A stretch of DNA of 64,000 nt. Origin: Thermodesulfobacteriota bacterium. GTDB lineage: Bacteria > Desulfobacterota > Desulfarculia > JACQYL01. A model generated the notes under the pieces. It was not told the DNA's origin. It worked only from the letters and a program-made list of their open reading frames with translations, and did no database searches. The position numbers were made by a program, and so were the translations under genes. The stretch spans positions 800,001 through 864,000 of the forward strand of contig CAXXLZ010000001.1 of the NCBI GenBank assembly GCA_963675595.2. The letters run 5' to 3'. Of this stretch, positions 50,128 through 59,568 are shown piece after piece (positions within the stretch are counted from its first letter, which is position 1; the number at the start of each line of letters is the position of its first letter).

Positions 50128-50481
50128 TTAAGGGGCCATGAGTTGGAGATTCCTGACCCACACCCTAACGGGATCAGCAGGATCCATAAGCACACGTACC
50201 TGCTGTCCTAAAGCCAAGGCTGTGAGTGCTGTTGCTAACTGTGCCTTCGCTGTACTATTAGCAGCGGTAAGATCGAAGTACACGTAGAGGTTGGTAACCG
50301 TTGTATTAGGATCACCTTCTTTGACACCGCTGACCACCATGGACTGGTAGCCAAAGCCGGAGCCGATGCTGATAACATCGCAAAGATACCATGCATTGCT
50401 AGCCTGTGCATCCGTGTGGGAAAAGCTGAAAACCGCCAAAGCTAAGGCACACACGAAAAGGACTCTTTTTTCAAACTTCAT
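50128..50481 (-). CDS. Small secreted protein, putative OB fold resembling AB5-toxin B subunits
   Basis: TAAGGAGG RBS, Sec signal ending AQA, beta strands then helix KAQLATALTALALGQQVRV. Confidence 0.7.
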   Translation of the reverse strand: MKFEKRVLFVCALALAVFSFSHTDAQASNAWYLCDVISIGSGFGYQSMVVSGVKEGDPNTTVTNLYVYFDLTAANSTAKAQLATALTALALGQQVRVLMDPADPVRVWVRNLQLMAP

Positions 50482-50676
50482 CTCTAACTTCCTCCTTAAA
50501 AAAATGATACTAAACCGTCTAAATTACGTTGTGTCAAATGCCCTCTATTTTTCAACAGGAGTAAGAAATGCATGTGGTCTCTCACCCTGCGCAGTTCGTT
50601 GGTATATGGATAGATACCTATCTGGCTCCGTCCCTCTTGCTTGACTTTTCAGGCTCTTTTCTTCTTCGCCGTGTGA

Positions 50677-51270
50677 TCAATTCTGGGCTGGCCATGTTGC
50701 AGGCTCCTCAGTCGGCAGGGGTGGCAGATTGCGCCCGTTTAATACACGTTCTCTGAGGCGCTCGAGTGATTCAGTTACTTGTTGCGGAGACCTAGTCCGG
50801 GCTATATTCATGATGAGGGTCTCGACATGTTCGTCCATCTCATCCTGAGTCATCGGGGAAGGGGGATATTCCGTTTCGATTGGAATGGGCGGTGCATCTT
50901 GCGTCGGAGTATCAATGTGGGATTTGGATACGACTAAGTTAGCATCGCGCTGAACAGTTGGAGAAAAAGGCGTATCTGTGGATGGCCTTAACGCGTGGGA
51001 AAAAGAGGTATCCTGAGGAGATGCTTCTTCCTCGTGGATATCGGAGCTAACGCCAGTCTCTTTCATTTCGGGAGAACCAGGGAGCTGGGCGAGGACATAA
51101 GCCTTTGGCCGCTCCACCTCGTTGCCGGTGCGATTCGCAAATCCATATTGATCAAGAAACAGCTGGACGCTTACCCCCACTATGGCTACGAATAGGAGAG
51201 CGCTGAGGAAGAATCTGCGTAGTACCGAGGAACTGATTCGGCCCAATCCCCCTTTGCTCTGTGTTCCCAC
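50677..51270 (-). CDS. Hypothetical membrane-anchored protein (N-terminal TM, Pro/Ser/Thr-rich linker, C-terminal helices)
   Basis: AGGAGG upstream of GTG; single TM FFLSALLFVAIVGVSVQLFL. Confidence 0.6.
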   Translation of the reverse strand: MGTQSKGGLGRISSSVLRRFFLSALLFVAIVGVSVQLFLDQYGFANRTGNEVERPKAYVLAQLPGSPEMKETGVSSDIHEEEASPQDTSFSHALRPSTDTPFSPTVQRDANLVVSKSHIDTPTQDAPPIPIETEYPPSPMTQDEMDEHVETLIMNIARTRSPQQVTESLERLRERVLNGRNLPPLPTEEPATWPAQN

Positions 51271-51569
51271 TCCGGATGCCCTCCTGGTTAGTTACGGTTG
51301 TTGTTTGGAAAGAAGAAAATCGAAGCCTCTAACTTCGATTTGGGGGGGTTAGCCGCCTGGGGCATATTGAGGTTATCTGTTTAAACTAATCGGATATATT
51401 TTTGCTTCCCTGAGTCAAATTGTCAAGGGAGGCACTGTAGATCCGTGCATTCAAGTCCGGAAAAAACTTACTTGGCCATGATGCAATATTTTTGTTTACA
51501 ATATACTACGAGCGAATTCTGGTCAAGCAAAATTTTCAGGTACGGAGATATCACTTGCCTTGGAAACAG

Positions 51570-54446
51570 TTAAGGCAGCTGCATCTCAAGATAGCCATAG
51601 GAAGTCGCGGGAGCCAAAACCGCGAAGAAGTTTAATCCAGGCTCGTCGGCGTTGATTGAGTCCAAGGTAATAGCGGATGGTTTAAAAACAACGCCCTCCG
51701 CGGCGGCGGATAAGTAACCAGCCCATCCCGATGCCACGGTGAAGGAGTAGGTGCCGTTCGAGTCGGTGACGAATTCGTCTATTGGCAGTGCGACATCCCT
51801 TTCGTAGAGCCTGAGAATTGCTCCCTCCATCGGCAGACCGGCGAGGTCAAAAACCGTACCGGAGATTTCGGGATCGTAGGATGATAGGGAAGAAGCATGG
51901 AAGTCACGGCCGGTTTGGTCTGTGATGACGGAGTCAAAAACGATGGTCGCCTGCTGAAAAACGTATCCGTGGGCACCCACAGTGACGGACCCGGACCATG
52001 CGTAAGATACGGTGAATGAGTACCTGCCGTTCGTATCGGTGACGAATTCGTCTATTGGCAGTGCGACATCCCTTTCGTAGAGCCTGAGAATTGCTCCCTC
52101 CATCGGCAGACCGGCGAGGTCAAAAACCGTACCGGAGATTTCGGGATCGTAGGATGATAGGGAAGAAGCATGGAAGTCACGGCCGGTTTGGTCTTTGATG
52201 ACGGAGTTAAAAACGATGGTCGCCTGCTGAAAAACGTACCCGTGGGCACCCACGGTGACGGACCCGGACCATGCGTAAGATACGGTGAATGAGTACCTGC
52301 CGTTCGTGTCGGTGACGAATTCGTCCACCGGCACTTCCTTTTCGTATATCACGACGGTTGCGCCTGCCAGTGGCTGGCCGGAGGGGTCATAGACCGTACC
52401 GGAGATTTCCGGAACGTCGGATGACGAGAAAGAGGCTTGGAAGTCGTTTCCGGGCTGATCGGCGGTGACCGAGCTGAGCTGGAGGGTCGCCTGCGGAAAC
52501 ACATACCCTTCTGCTCCAACGGTGATGGATCCGGACCATGCGTAGGGCACAATGAAAGAATACTCGCCGTCGGTTTCAGTGACGAACTCGTTCACCGGTG
52601 CGACAATACCCTGATCGTAACGTCTTACCGTGGCACCTTCCAACGGGCTTCCGCTCGGTGCATAGACGATTCCCGAAACTATAAGATCAGCTTCGCCTCC
52701 TTGTAGCACGGAAAAATCCTGCCCAGATTGATCCACTGCCACGCCGCTGTAAATTATAGAGGATGGAGAAAAGGTGTAGTCGTTGGAAATCGGCGTTACC
52801 TCTCCCGTCCAGCCCGAAGGCACCCCTTTTTCATAGTAACCGAGTGCATCGGTTTTGGCGAATTCCGCAGTGGCCGATACAATAACCGTGATATCCTCGA
52901 ACTTGACGGAAATGGCGGACAAGCCCGTTCCGTTGTGGGTTATTCGCCCTCCAATGGTCACCGTGTCGGCCACGGCGGTGAAATTCCGGTTTGTTTGATC
53001 GGAAGCCAGGTCTTCATACGAATAGGCGGGCGGCGTGAACGCGTATCCGGATTTGGAGGGCGTCAAGTTTCCCGTCCAGCCCTTCGTCACCTGGATCGTA
53101 AACAGGCCTGCTTCGTCGGTGAGAACGGCCCCCCCGTCGTAATCCAATCGGACCTGTTTGAGCCCCACGCCTTGGTAGGTCACTTTGCCCGAAATCGTAA
53201 GGACTTCCCCCGCCGGGCCTGCCAGGAAATCCTGTTGGGAAACGTCCGATGTTAATCCCGTCAGTACAATGGAGGACGGGGTGAAACTGAAGCCGTTGAG
53301 TTCAGGAGTCACCGTGCAGTTGCCCGAAGGAGGCGCGAGAAGAAAATAATGGCCCGTCAGATCGGTTTCATCCACGTCCACGGTGCTTCCATTGAGGCAC
53401 GACACCGTGACTTCCGGGACGCCGATATCGGATGCTCCCTCGCGCACGGTTCCGGAGACCACGGGTCCTGAAGCCGTCACCTGGATGTAGTTGGACGCGG
53501 TCAGTCGATACTGAGCGCTTCCATCGCCCAGCACCAGGGAAACGTCGTAGGAACCGGGTTGTGTGTAGACGTGGGATGGGTCACGTTCCGTGCTCTGGGT
53601 CCCGTCCCCCAGACGCCAGGACCAGGAAGACAGGGGGAGGAAGGATTCATCCATGAACTCGACTTGAAGAGGGGCGGTCCCGGCCCTTGGCGTGGCCGAC
53701 CAGCTCAGGTCCAAGGCCGGGGGGGCGAAAACTCTGAGTATCTCGTACGAAGCGGGGTCGGACTGCTCACCCGTATCGGAAACCGTGCCGCCGATGGTGA
53801 CGGTTCCCGGTTCGGTCATGCTGAAGTTCCAGGTGAGTCGTTCGCTCTGGTCCTCCAGGTTGAGAGCCGTGAAACCGAAATCGGAAAACGTGGACAGGAA
53901 AACCCGATAACGAACCAAATCGAAGGTGTAGATGACAAGAGTGGAGCCCGTCTCATAGTCCTGGACATACATGTTGAGACCGGCCGAGTTGTCTTTCCAG
54001 ATTCCGGAATGAGGGGTTCGAACCGCCTTGAACACCCGCTCTATTCCGAACTCCGTGGTTGCCGGACTCCCGGAGGACCAGTCCGTGATGACGGCGCTCG
54101 CCCCGTTCTCGGAGGAAAACTCGATCATGAGGTTGGTGGGATCGCCGGGATCTAGCGCATCCGCCTGGAAGGTCTCACCTGATATATTGGCCAGGAAGGC
54201 GTGGTAGTCACCAAGGGACGCCGTGTAGATCACGATGGTGGAACCGGTGGAGTAGTGTTGCACGTAGAAGTTGTGAACCTGCCCTAGATCGGAGTCTTTC
54301 CAGATGCCCTGGTATGCGGCCCAAACGGGTTCGGTTGCCAACAGGTTCGAGGCCGTCGCCAAGACGATCAACACGATGGCGTACCAGTATGCTTTCTTTC
54401 GCTTTTGGTGAAGGAAACGTGGATGAGGTTTCTGGCTGGACACCAC
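51570..54446 (-). CDS. Large exported surface protein: two N-terminal repeats, PKD domain, about 7 carboxypeptidase-regulatory/Cna-B-like beta-sandwich repeats
   Basis: Signal KRKKAYWYAIVLIVLA...VWA; PKD GTAPLQVEF...WSWRLGDG...PSHVYTQPGSYDVSL; repeated ISG.V...TD.NG.YSF.V...WSG; start codon uncertain, ORF-track extension to 54677 runs into IS3. Confidence 0.8.
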   Translation of the reverse strand: MVSSQKPHPRFLHQKRKKAYWYAIVLIVLATASNLLATEPVWAAYQGIWKDSDLGQVHNFYVQHYSTGSTIVIYTASLGDYHAFLANISGETFQADALDPGDPTNLMIEFSSENGASAVITDWSSGSPATTEFGIERVFKAVRTPHSGIWKDNSAGLNMYVQDYETGSTLVIYTFDLVRYRVFLSTFSDFGFTALNLEDQSERLTWNFSMTEPGTVTIGGTVSDTGEQSDPASYEILRVFAPPALDLSWSATPRAGTAPLQVEFMDESFLPLSSWSWRLGDGTQSTERDPSHVYTQPGSYDVSLVLGDGSAQYRLTASNYIQVTASGPVVSGTVREGASDIGVPEVTVSCLNGSTVDVDETDLTGHYFLLAPPSGNCTVTPELNGFSFTPSSIVLTGLTSDVSQQDFLAGPAGEVLTISGKVTYQGVGLKQVRLDYDGGAVLTDEAGLFTIQVTKGWTGNLTPSKSGYAFTPPAYSYEDLASDQTNRNFTAVADTVTIGGRITHNGTGLSAISVKFEDITVIVSATAEFAKTDALGYYEKGVPSGWTGEVTPISNDYTFSPSSIIYSGVAVDQSGQDFSVLQGGEADLIVSGIVYAPSGSPLEGATVRRYDQGIVAPVNEFVTETDGEYSFIVPYAWSGSITVGAEGYVFPQATLQLSSVTADQPGNDFQASFSSSDVPEISGTVYDPSGQPLAGATVVIYEKEVPVDEFVTDTNGRYSFTVSYAWSGSVTVGAHGYVFQQATIVFNSVIKDQTGRDFHASSLSSYDPEISGTVFDLAGLPMEGAILRLYERDVALPIDEFVTDTNGRYSFTVSYAWSGSVTVGAHGYVFQQATIVFDSVITDQTGRDFHASSLSSYDPEISGTVFDLAGLPMEGAILRLYERDVALPIDEFVTDSNGTYSFTVASGWAGYLSAAAEGVVFKPSAITLDSINADEPGLNFFAVLAPATSYGYLEMQLP
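51763..52325. repeat. Near-identical 273-bp (91-aa) intragenic tandem repeats
   Basis: TCGGTGACGAATTCGTC recurs at 51763, 52036 and 52309. Confidence 0.92.
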
Positions 54447-54513
54447 TCTTAAAAGCCTTCCAATTCGGCTGCAAAACTCTTTTTTATCAATATCATAGGC
54501 GGGACAACGCCTT

Positions 54514-54542
54514 ACATTATCCACACAGTAAATCGTTGTCAA
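54514..54542 (-). promoter_or_regulatory. Putative sigma70 promoter of the surface-protein gene
   Basis: TTGACA-17 nt-TAATGT about 70 bp upstream of the likely start and 12 bp from the IS3 end. Confidence 0.45.
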
Positions 54543-54598
54543 GCTCATCGAGACTGTCAAGCCCCCGGTTTTTGGTCCAGCAATTATGAGAGTTTTTC

Positions 54599-55501
54599 TC
54601 AAGGCCCTGTGATTTCTTTGCTTGGTCCTTGGGGCATCGGCGAAGCCGAGCAAAGCGAGGCGGAGTCGATGCCCCAAGGATCGGCCGCGAACCGGGCCGG
54701 GGTCATATAATTCAACGCACTGTGCGGTCTTTCCTCGTTATAGGCTTTCCTCCATTTGGCGGACAGAATTTGCGCTTCCTTGATATTATTGAAGACCTCC
54801 ACGTTCAAAAATTCGTCCCGAAATCGGCTGTTGAAGCTTTCCACATAGCCGTTCTGCCAGGGAGCCCCCGGTTCGATGAATAGGGCTTCCACTTCCAGGT
54901 CTTTCAGCCAATTTCTCACCCTCTTGGCTATGAATTCCGGACCGTTATCCGATCGAATCCCTTTTGGAACTCCCCGCACGCCCATTAACCGACTTAGTTC
55001 GTCCAAAACCTCATCACCCGTGATGGAACGGTCGATCCTCAAGGCCAGGTTTTCCCGTGTAAACTCGTCGACAATGGCCAAGCACTTGAACTGACGGCCG
55101 TCGGCCAGGCGATCATGAATGAAATCCAACGTCCAGACATCATTTGGAAAAGTCGCCTTTCGTTTGTTGCACGCGTTGGCATCGACTCCCAGGAATCGTT
55201 TCTTCCGGGCTCTTCGAGGCACCTTGAATCCTTCTCGTTTCTAAAGTCGGTGGACTCGCTTGTAGTTCACTACCCATCCCGCTTCACGCAGCAGACGGGT
55301 GATCCGACGACATCCAAAACGAGGATGCTCTCCAACCAACCGGTGAAGGTCCTTGATCAATTCCTCCTCCTCATCCAACTCCTTCGGCCGATAACGTTGG
55401 GTGGATCGATGTTGGCCGGTTATTCGACAGGCCCGACGCTCTGAAGCCGCATGTTCCCTTCGAACATGCTCAACCGCTTTCCTGCGACGCGCCGGGCTTA
55501 G
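54599..55501 (-). pseudogene. IS3 orfB with nonsense mutation (TGG to TAG at 55241-55243)
   Basis: HRL*KREG versus HRLWKEEG in copies 1 and 2. Confidence 0.85.
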
Positions 55502-55779
55502 AAGTTTCCCTCCGCAAGGTCCTTGAGCATTGCTTTGTCCAACATCAGGTCGGCCACCAGCTTCTTCAAACGGGCATTCTCTCTTTCCAGTTGCTTGAGC
55601 CTCTTAGCCTCCTCAGCCTTCATACCCCCATACTGGTTTCGCCATCGGTGGTACGTCGCCTCGCTCACCTCCAGGAACTGGCAGACCTGCGCTATGGTCT
55701 GCCCAGCGGTCAGCCGACGGTCCGCTTCTTCCAGTTTCCGCACAATTTGCTCCGCGCTATGTCTCTTTCGCTTGGCCAT
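55498..55779 (-). CDS. IS3 OrfA (copy 3)
   Basis: MAKRKRHSAEQIVRKL...LAEGNF. Confidence 0.9.
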   Translation of the reverse strand: MAKRKRHSAEQIVRKLEEADRRLTAGQTIAQVCQFLEVSEATYHRWRNQYGGMKAEEAKRLKQLERENARLKKLVADLMLDKAMLKDLAEGNF

Positions 55780-55949
55780 GCAATCCGTCTCCTTCCCTTT
55801 TCTTGGGCTTCAGACTCTCATTATACATGGACCAATTATCGGGAGGCATTCCAAGACTGCCATCCTCGGTGTTCAAATTTGGGTCTCGTTGGGGTGCTTT
55901 TTGTGTATGGATTGATGCAACGAGACGTGGGTGCGCGAAGGGCTGCTCG

Positions 55950-57681
55950 CAGCAATTCCCGGTGAAAAAGATAGTCGGCGAAGCCGAGGGACATAAGGCT
56001 GATTCGAGAATATTTTTTCGTAAAGCGGCGATGCCGGTTCGAGTACAGCCTTCTTTCGGAAGGATCATAACCTATTGGAATTAGCTATGAAATTAAAGTA
56101 GATCTTTTGGCGTATATATGGTAGCCTTTATTAGATTGAATACTATATGTGGAGGTTACCAGGGTGCACATGAAGAAGCACCTCAGCTTCGTGTCTTTGA
56201 GAAAGGCGCTGTCCCGTCGGTTCGAGCAGGTCGGGGACCCGCGAGGGGGACGGACGGTTTATTCTTTGCACGATTGTCTGATGAGCGCCTTTGCCATGAT
56301 GTACTTTCAGGACCCCTCGCTCCTGCAGTTCCAACGCAGACTGAAGGAACGGACCCACCGCGACAACCTCAAGACCTTGTTCTCCGTGACGGAGATGCCC
56401 GGGGACACGCAACTGCGGGACGTGATCGACGCGAGTGATCCGGGAGAGATCAAGGCCGTCTTCTCCGATTTCTTCCGACGCTTGCAGCGAGGCAAGCATC
56501 TGGAATCGTTTCAGGTTCTCGATGGCCGATACCTCATTGTGATCGACGGGTCGGAATATTTCTCCTCGGAAACCATCCATTGTCCCGGATGTCTAGTTGA
56601 AAAATCCTCCAAAGGACGGATTCGCTACCACCATCAAATCCTGCAAGCGGCTCTGGTCCACCCGGATCGCCGTCAAGTCGTGCCTTTGGCTCCGGAATCG
56701 ATCCAGAACAAGGATGGAGTCCAAAAACAGGATTGTGAGATCAACGCGGGGAAGCGGATATTGAAAGCCATCCGCCGGGACCATCCCAAACTCAACATCA
56801 TTATCGGCGGTGACGGACTGTATTCCAAACAGCCTTTCATCGCCGAGCTGAAGCGGGCGAGCATGTCCTTTGTGCTGGTCGCCAAACCCGCGGACCACAA
56901 AGTGCTCTTCGAGTGGATCGAAGAACTCCGGGGGATGCAAGAAATCGCGGGCCTGGAGGTCACCGACGACAAGAAACGGGTGCATAGCTACGAATGGGTC
57001 CATGGCGTGCCTCTCAACGGAAACGAAGATGCCCCCGACCTCCATTTTTTTGCCTACCGTCTGGAGAATGGAGGAAAGATCACCTACCGGAACAGCTGGG
57101 TCACGGACATGCCGGTTGACGCGGAAAACGTGGCGGAACTGGTCAGGATCGGCAGAGCCCGATGGAAAATCGAAAACGAAGGATTCAATACACTGAAGAA
57201 CCAAGGGTATCATATCGAGCACAATTTCGGTCACGGCAAGAATCAACTCTCTTACGTCTTTTTCCTTCTGAACTTGCCGGCTTTTTTCTTCCATCAGATT
57301 TTCGAGTTGACGGACCCCTTGTACCAAAAATGCCGGGCGGGATTCAGTGCTCGAACCGAGTACTGGAATTAGCTGCGTTGCACGATCCGGATTCTGGTAT
57401 TCGAGTCGTGGGAAGACCTGTTGGCTTTGGTCCTGGACCCCGAAAGCGCCCGTCCCCCCTGAGGCGAAAAGGCTTCCTATAACCCATCGGTCACAAACAA
57501 AGGTCCGAACTTTGATGGGACCGGTGCGCCTTCGGTCCAAAAAAATCCGGTCTTCCCTCTGCCTCACCACGCTTTTTCCCCTCTCATGCGCAAAATCGGA
57601 CCCTCATTCCACCTATCCTCCATCTCTACAAAGGCAAAATCTCCCTAAACACACCCAAATTCTCAACACCGAGAATCGCTG
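55950..57681 (+). mobile_element. IS element, ISNCY (ISDol1-like) type
   Basis: IRs CAGCAATTCCCGGTG / CACCGAGAATCGCTG; 8-bp target duplication GCTGCTCG; family assignment from recalled similarity. Confidence 0.8.
56170..57462 (+). pseudogene. DDE transposase with premature TAG at 57370-57372, 29 codons before the likely natural stop
   Basis: IDGS, KQDCE, GDGLY, GRARWKIENEGFNTLK; frame continues LRCTIRILVFESWEDLL...PP*. Confidence 0.75.
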
Positions 57682-57849
57682 GCTGCTCGCTTTGATCCTT
57701 GACGGAAAGGCGCCAAATCTCTATGCTCGCCTTTTCGTGAATCATAGTGGAAGGACCATTCCAGTCTCGGACTCTGGGGCGTCGGATCCGTCGATGACTC
57801 CTTCACTTTCTGACAGAGATCGGCCCTGATTAGGACAGCTTACCTACTC

Positions 57850-59516
57850 CCTGAATCCGTGAAGTGACCACTATGCGATTACTGGAGCTTATCGCGTAAC
57901 TAGTTGATAGGTGGAGTGATTTCTGTAATAGTGTTGCCTGTTATCAATTCACTCAACAGGTGAAGGCTATGCAGAAAATTACCATCGAAAGGTCTGAGAC
58001 CGAGTTTTATACGGCGCATTCGGGACTGTCCCTGGCTGGACTTCTGATCAACCACCACACGGAGTTGTGTGGGAAGTCCGACTTGGCCGTTCCCGGCATG
58101 CCGAGCGTGTCTCATTCGGATGTGTTGAAGAGCTACCTGGGATTGCTTTGCATCGGCAAGAGCGATTTCGAGGCGGTGGCCGGGATGCGGCACAGCGATT
58201 GGTTCAAGGCGTCGCTGGACATCCGGAGGGTGCCCTCGAAAGAGACCTTGCGACAACGTTTGGACAAGAACGCGGAGCTGCTTAAGGATATCGTCAATGC
58301 GAGTTCCATCGAGATGCTTAAAGCGGTGAAAGCGTCGGTCACCGCCGGATTCATGGGACATGTTCCTCTCGATATCGACGTGTTTCCCATGGACAACTCG
58401 GATACCAAAAAAGAAGGGGTTTCCCGAACATACAAGGGCTATGACGGGTATGCGCCCATAGCGGCGTACCTTGGCGAAGAAGGTTGGTGCATCGGTCTTG
58501 AGCTTCGTGAAGGCAGCCAACATAGTCAGAAAGAACTTGTTCCCTTCCTGGCTCGGGTGATTCAACGGGCGCGGGAGTTGACGGGAAAAACCCTTTTGGT
58601 GCGCCTCGATGCCGCCCACTGCGCGTTGGAGACCTTGGCGGCGCTCCGTCAACACAGGAAGGTCTTCTTCGTGGTCAAGTGGAATCCCCGGAAAGAGGAC
58701 CCTCAGGCTTGGCGTGACCGAATCTTTGCCAAAGGCAAAGTGACTCTGCCGCGACCGGGCAAGAAGGTGGCCGTGATGACGGTCCGCGAGACGTGTGAAG
58801 TCCAAGGGAAGAAGATGCGATTCATGCGGGTGATGCGGGTGACGGAACGCACCATGGATCGGCACGGACAAAGGCTGTTGCTGCCGGAGGTTACGTTGGA
58901 AGGATGCTGGACCAACCTGGTTCTGTCCGAGGAACGGATCATCCGGTTGTACGAGGAGCATGGGACGAGCGAGCAGTTTCACAGCGAAATCAAGACCGAT
59001 CTCGATATGGAAAGGCTGCCGTCGGGCAAGTTCGCCACCAACGCCCTGGTGTTGACGTGCGCAGGCATGGTCTACAATATCCTGCGTGTTATCGGTCAGT
59101 TCGGACTGCTCGGCGACCATTCCCCGGTGCGGCATCCGGCAAAACGCCGCCGCATCCGCACCGTCATTCAGGAGCTCATGACGATTGCGGGGCGATTCAT
59201 CAGGACGGGACGTCGGCTGATCCTGCGCCTGGGTCGCCATTGTCCAGCCTATGAGGCGTTTGTGGATGTGCATTCGCGGCTGTCTCCCGGATAATCCGGG
59301 TTCTGATGACCCGTTTCGTGACCGAAACTGAGGCTTGAAAGGCCGGCTATGCCCTGACCCGTTGAAAAACTGCTCGCTTGCCCACAATCGGCAGCTGAAG
59401 GCATAATAACGACATCAATACTTTTTTAAGCGCCTATCGGACCGGGGAAATCATCCGAAAAAATGCTCTCAAAACCGGCCAAACAGCTTACAGCCAAATT
59501 AGTTCACTGATCCAGG
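57850..59516 (+). mobile_element. IS1380-family element
   Basis: IRs CCTGAATCCGTGAA / TTCACTGATCCAGG; 5-bp target duplication TACTC. Confidence 0.92.
57969..59294 (+). CDS. IS1380 transposase
   Basis: LDIDV, TYKGYDGYAP, VRLDAA, EQFHSEIK, RLPSGKFATN. Confidence 0.9.
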   Translation: MQKITIERSETEFYTAHSGLSLAGLLINHHTELCGKSDLAVPGMPSVSHSDVLKSYLGLLCIGKSDFEAVAGMRHSDWFKASLDIRRVPSKETLRQRLDKNAELLKDIVNASSIEMLKAVKASVTAGFMGHVPLDIDVFPMDNSDTKKEGVSRTYKGYDGYAPIAAYLGEEGWCIGLELREGSQHSQKELVPFLARVIQRARELTGKTLLVRLDAAHCALETLAALRQHRKVFFVVKWNPRKEDPQAWRDRIFAKGKVTLPRPGKKVAVMTVRETCEVQGKKMRFMRVMRVTERTMDRHGQRLLLPEVTLEGCWTNLVLSEERIIRLYEEHGTSEQFHSEIKTDLDMERLPSGKFATNALVLTCAGMVYNILRVIGQFGLLGDHSPVRHPAKRRRIRTVIQELMTIAGRFIRTGRRLILRLGRHCPAYEAFVDVHSRLSPG

Positions 59517-59568
59517 TACTCTTAATTCAGAATTGCTATGTTCCATTGGTTCAACCAGGAGAAACCCT

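Larger units (their letters stand above)
54555..55853 (-). mobile_element. IS3-family element copy 3 (diverged isoform)
   Basis: IRs TGTCAAGCCCCC.../...GGGAGGCATTCCA; 4-bp target duplication AGAC. Confidence 0.93.

Noticed and set aside
51763-52325. Repeat array as CRISPR or DGR template/variable repeat
   Set aside because: 273-bp in-frame coding repeats without spacers; no cas or reverse transcriptase gene in the window
54447-54677. N-terminal extension of the 1035-aa ORF
   Set aside because: It reads through the IS3 end and promoter; the signal peptide begins downstream
55241-57372. Two in-frame TAG codons in transposases as possible pyrrolysine or amber readthrough
   Set aside because: One is TGG in the sister copies and the other is most simply CAG to TAG; both are single transitions in IS genes, and no pyl genes are in the window
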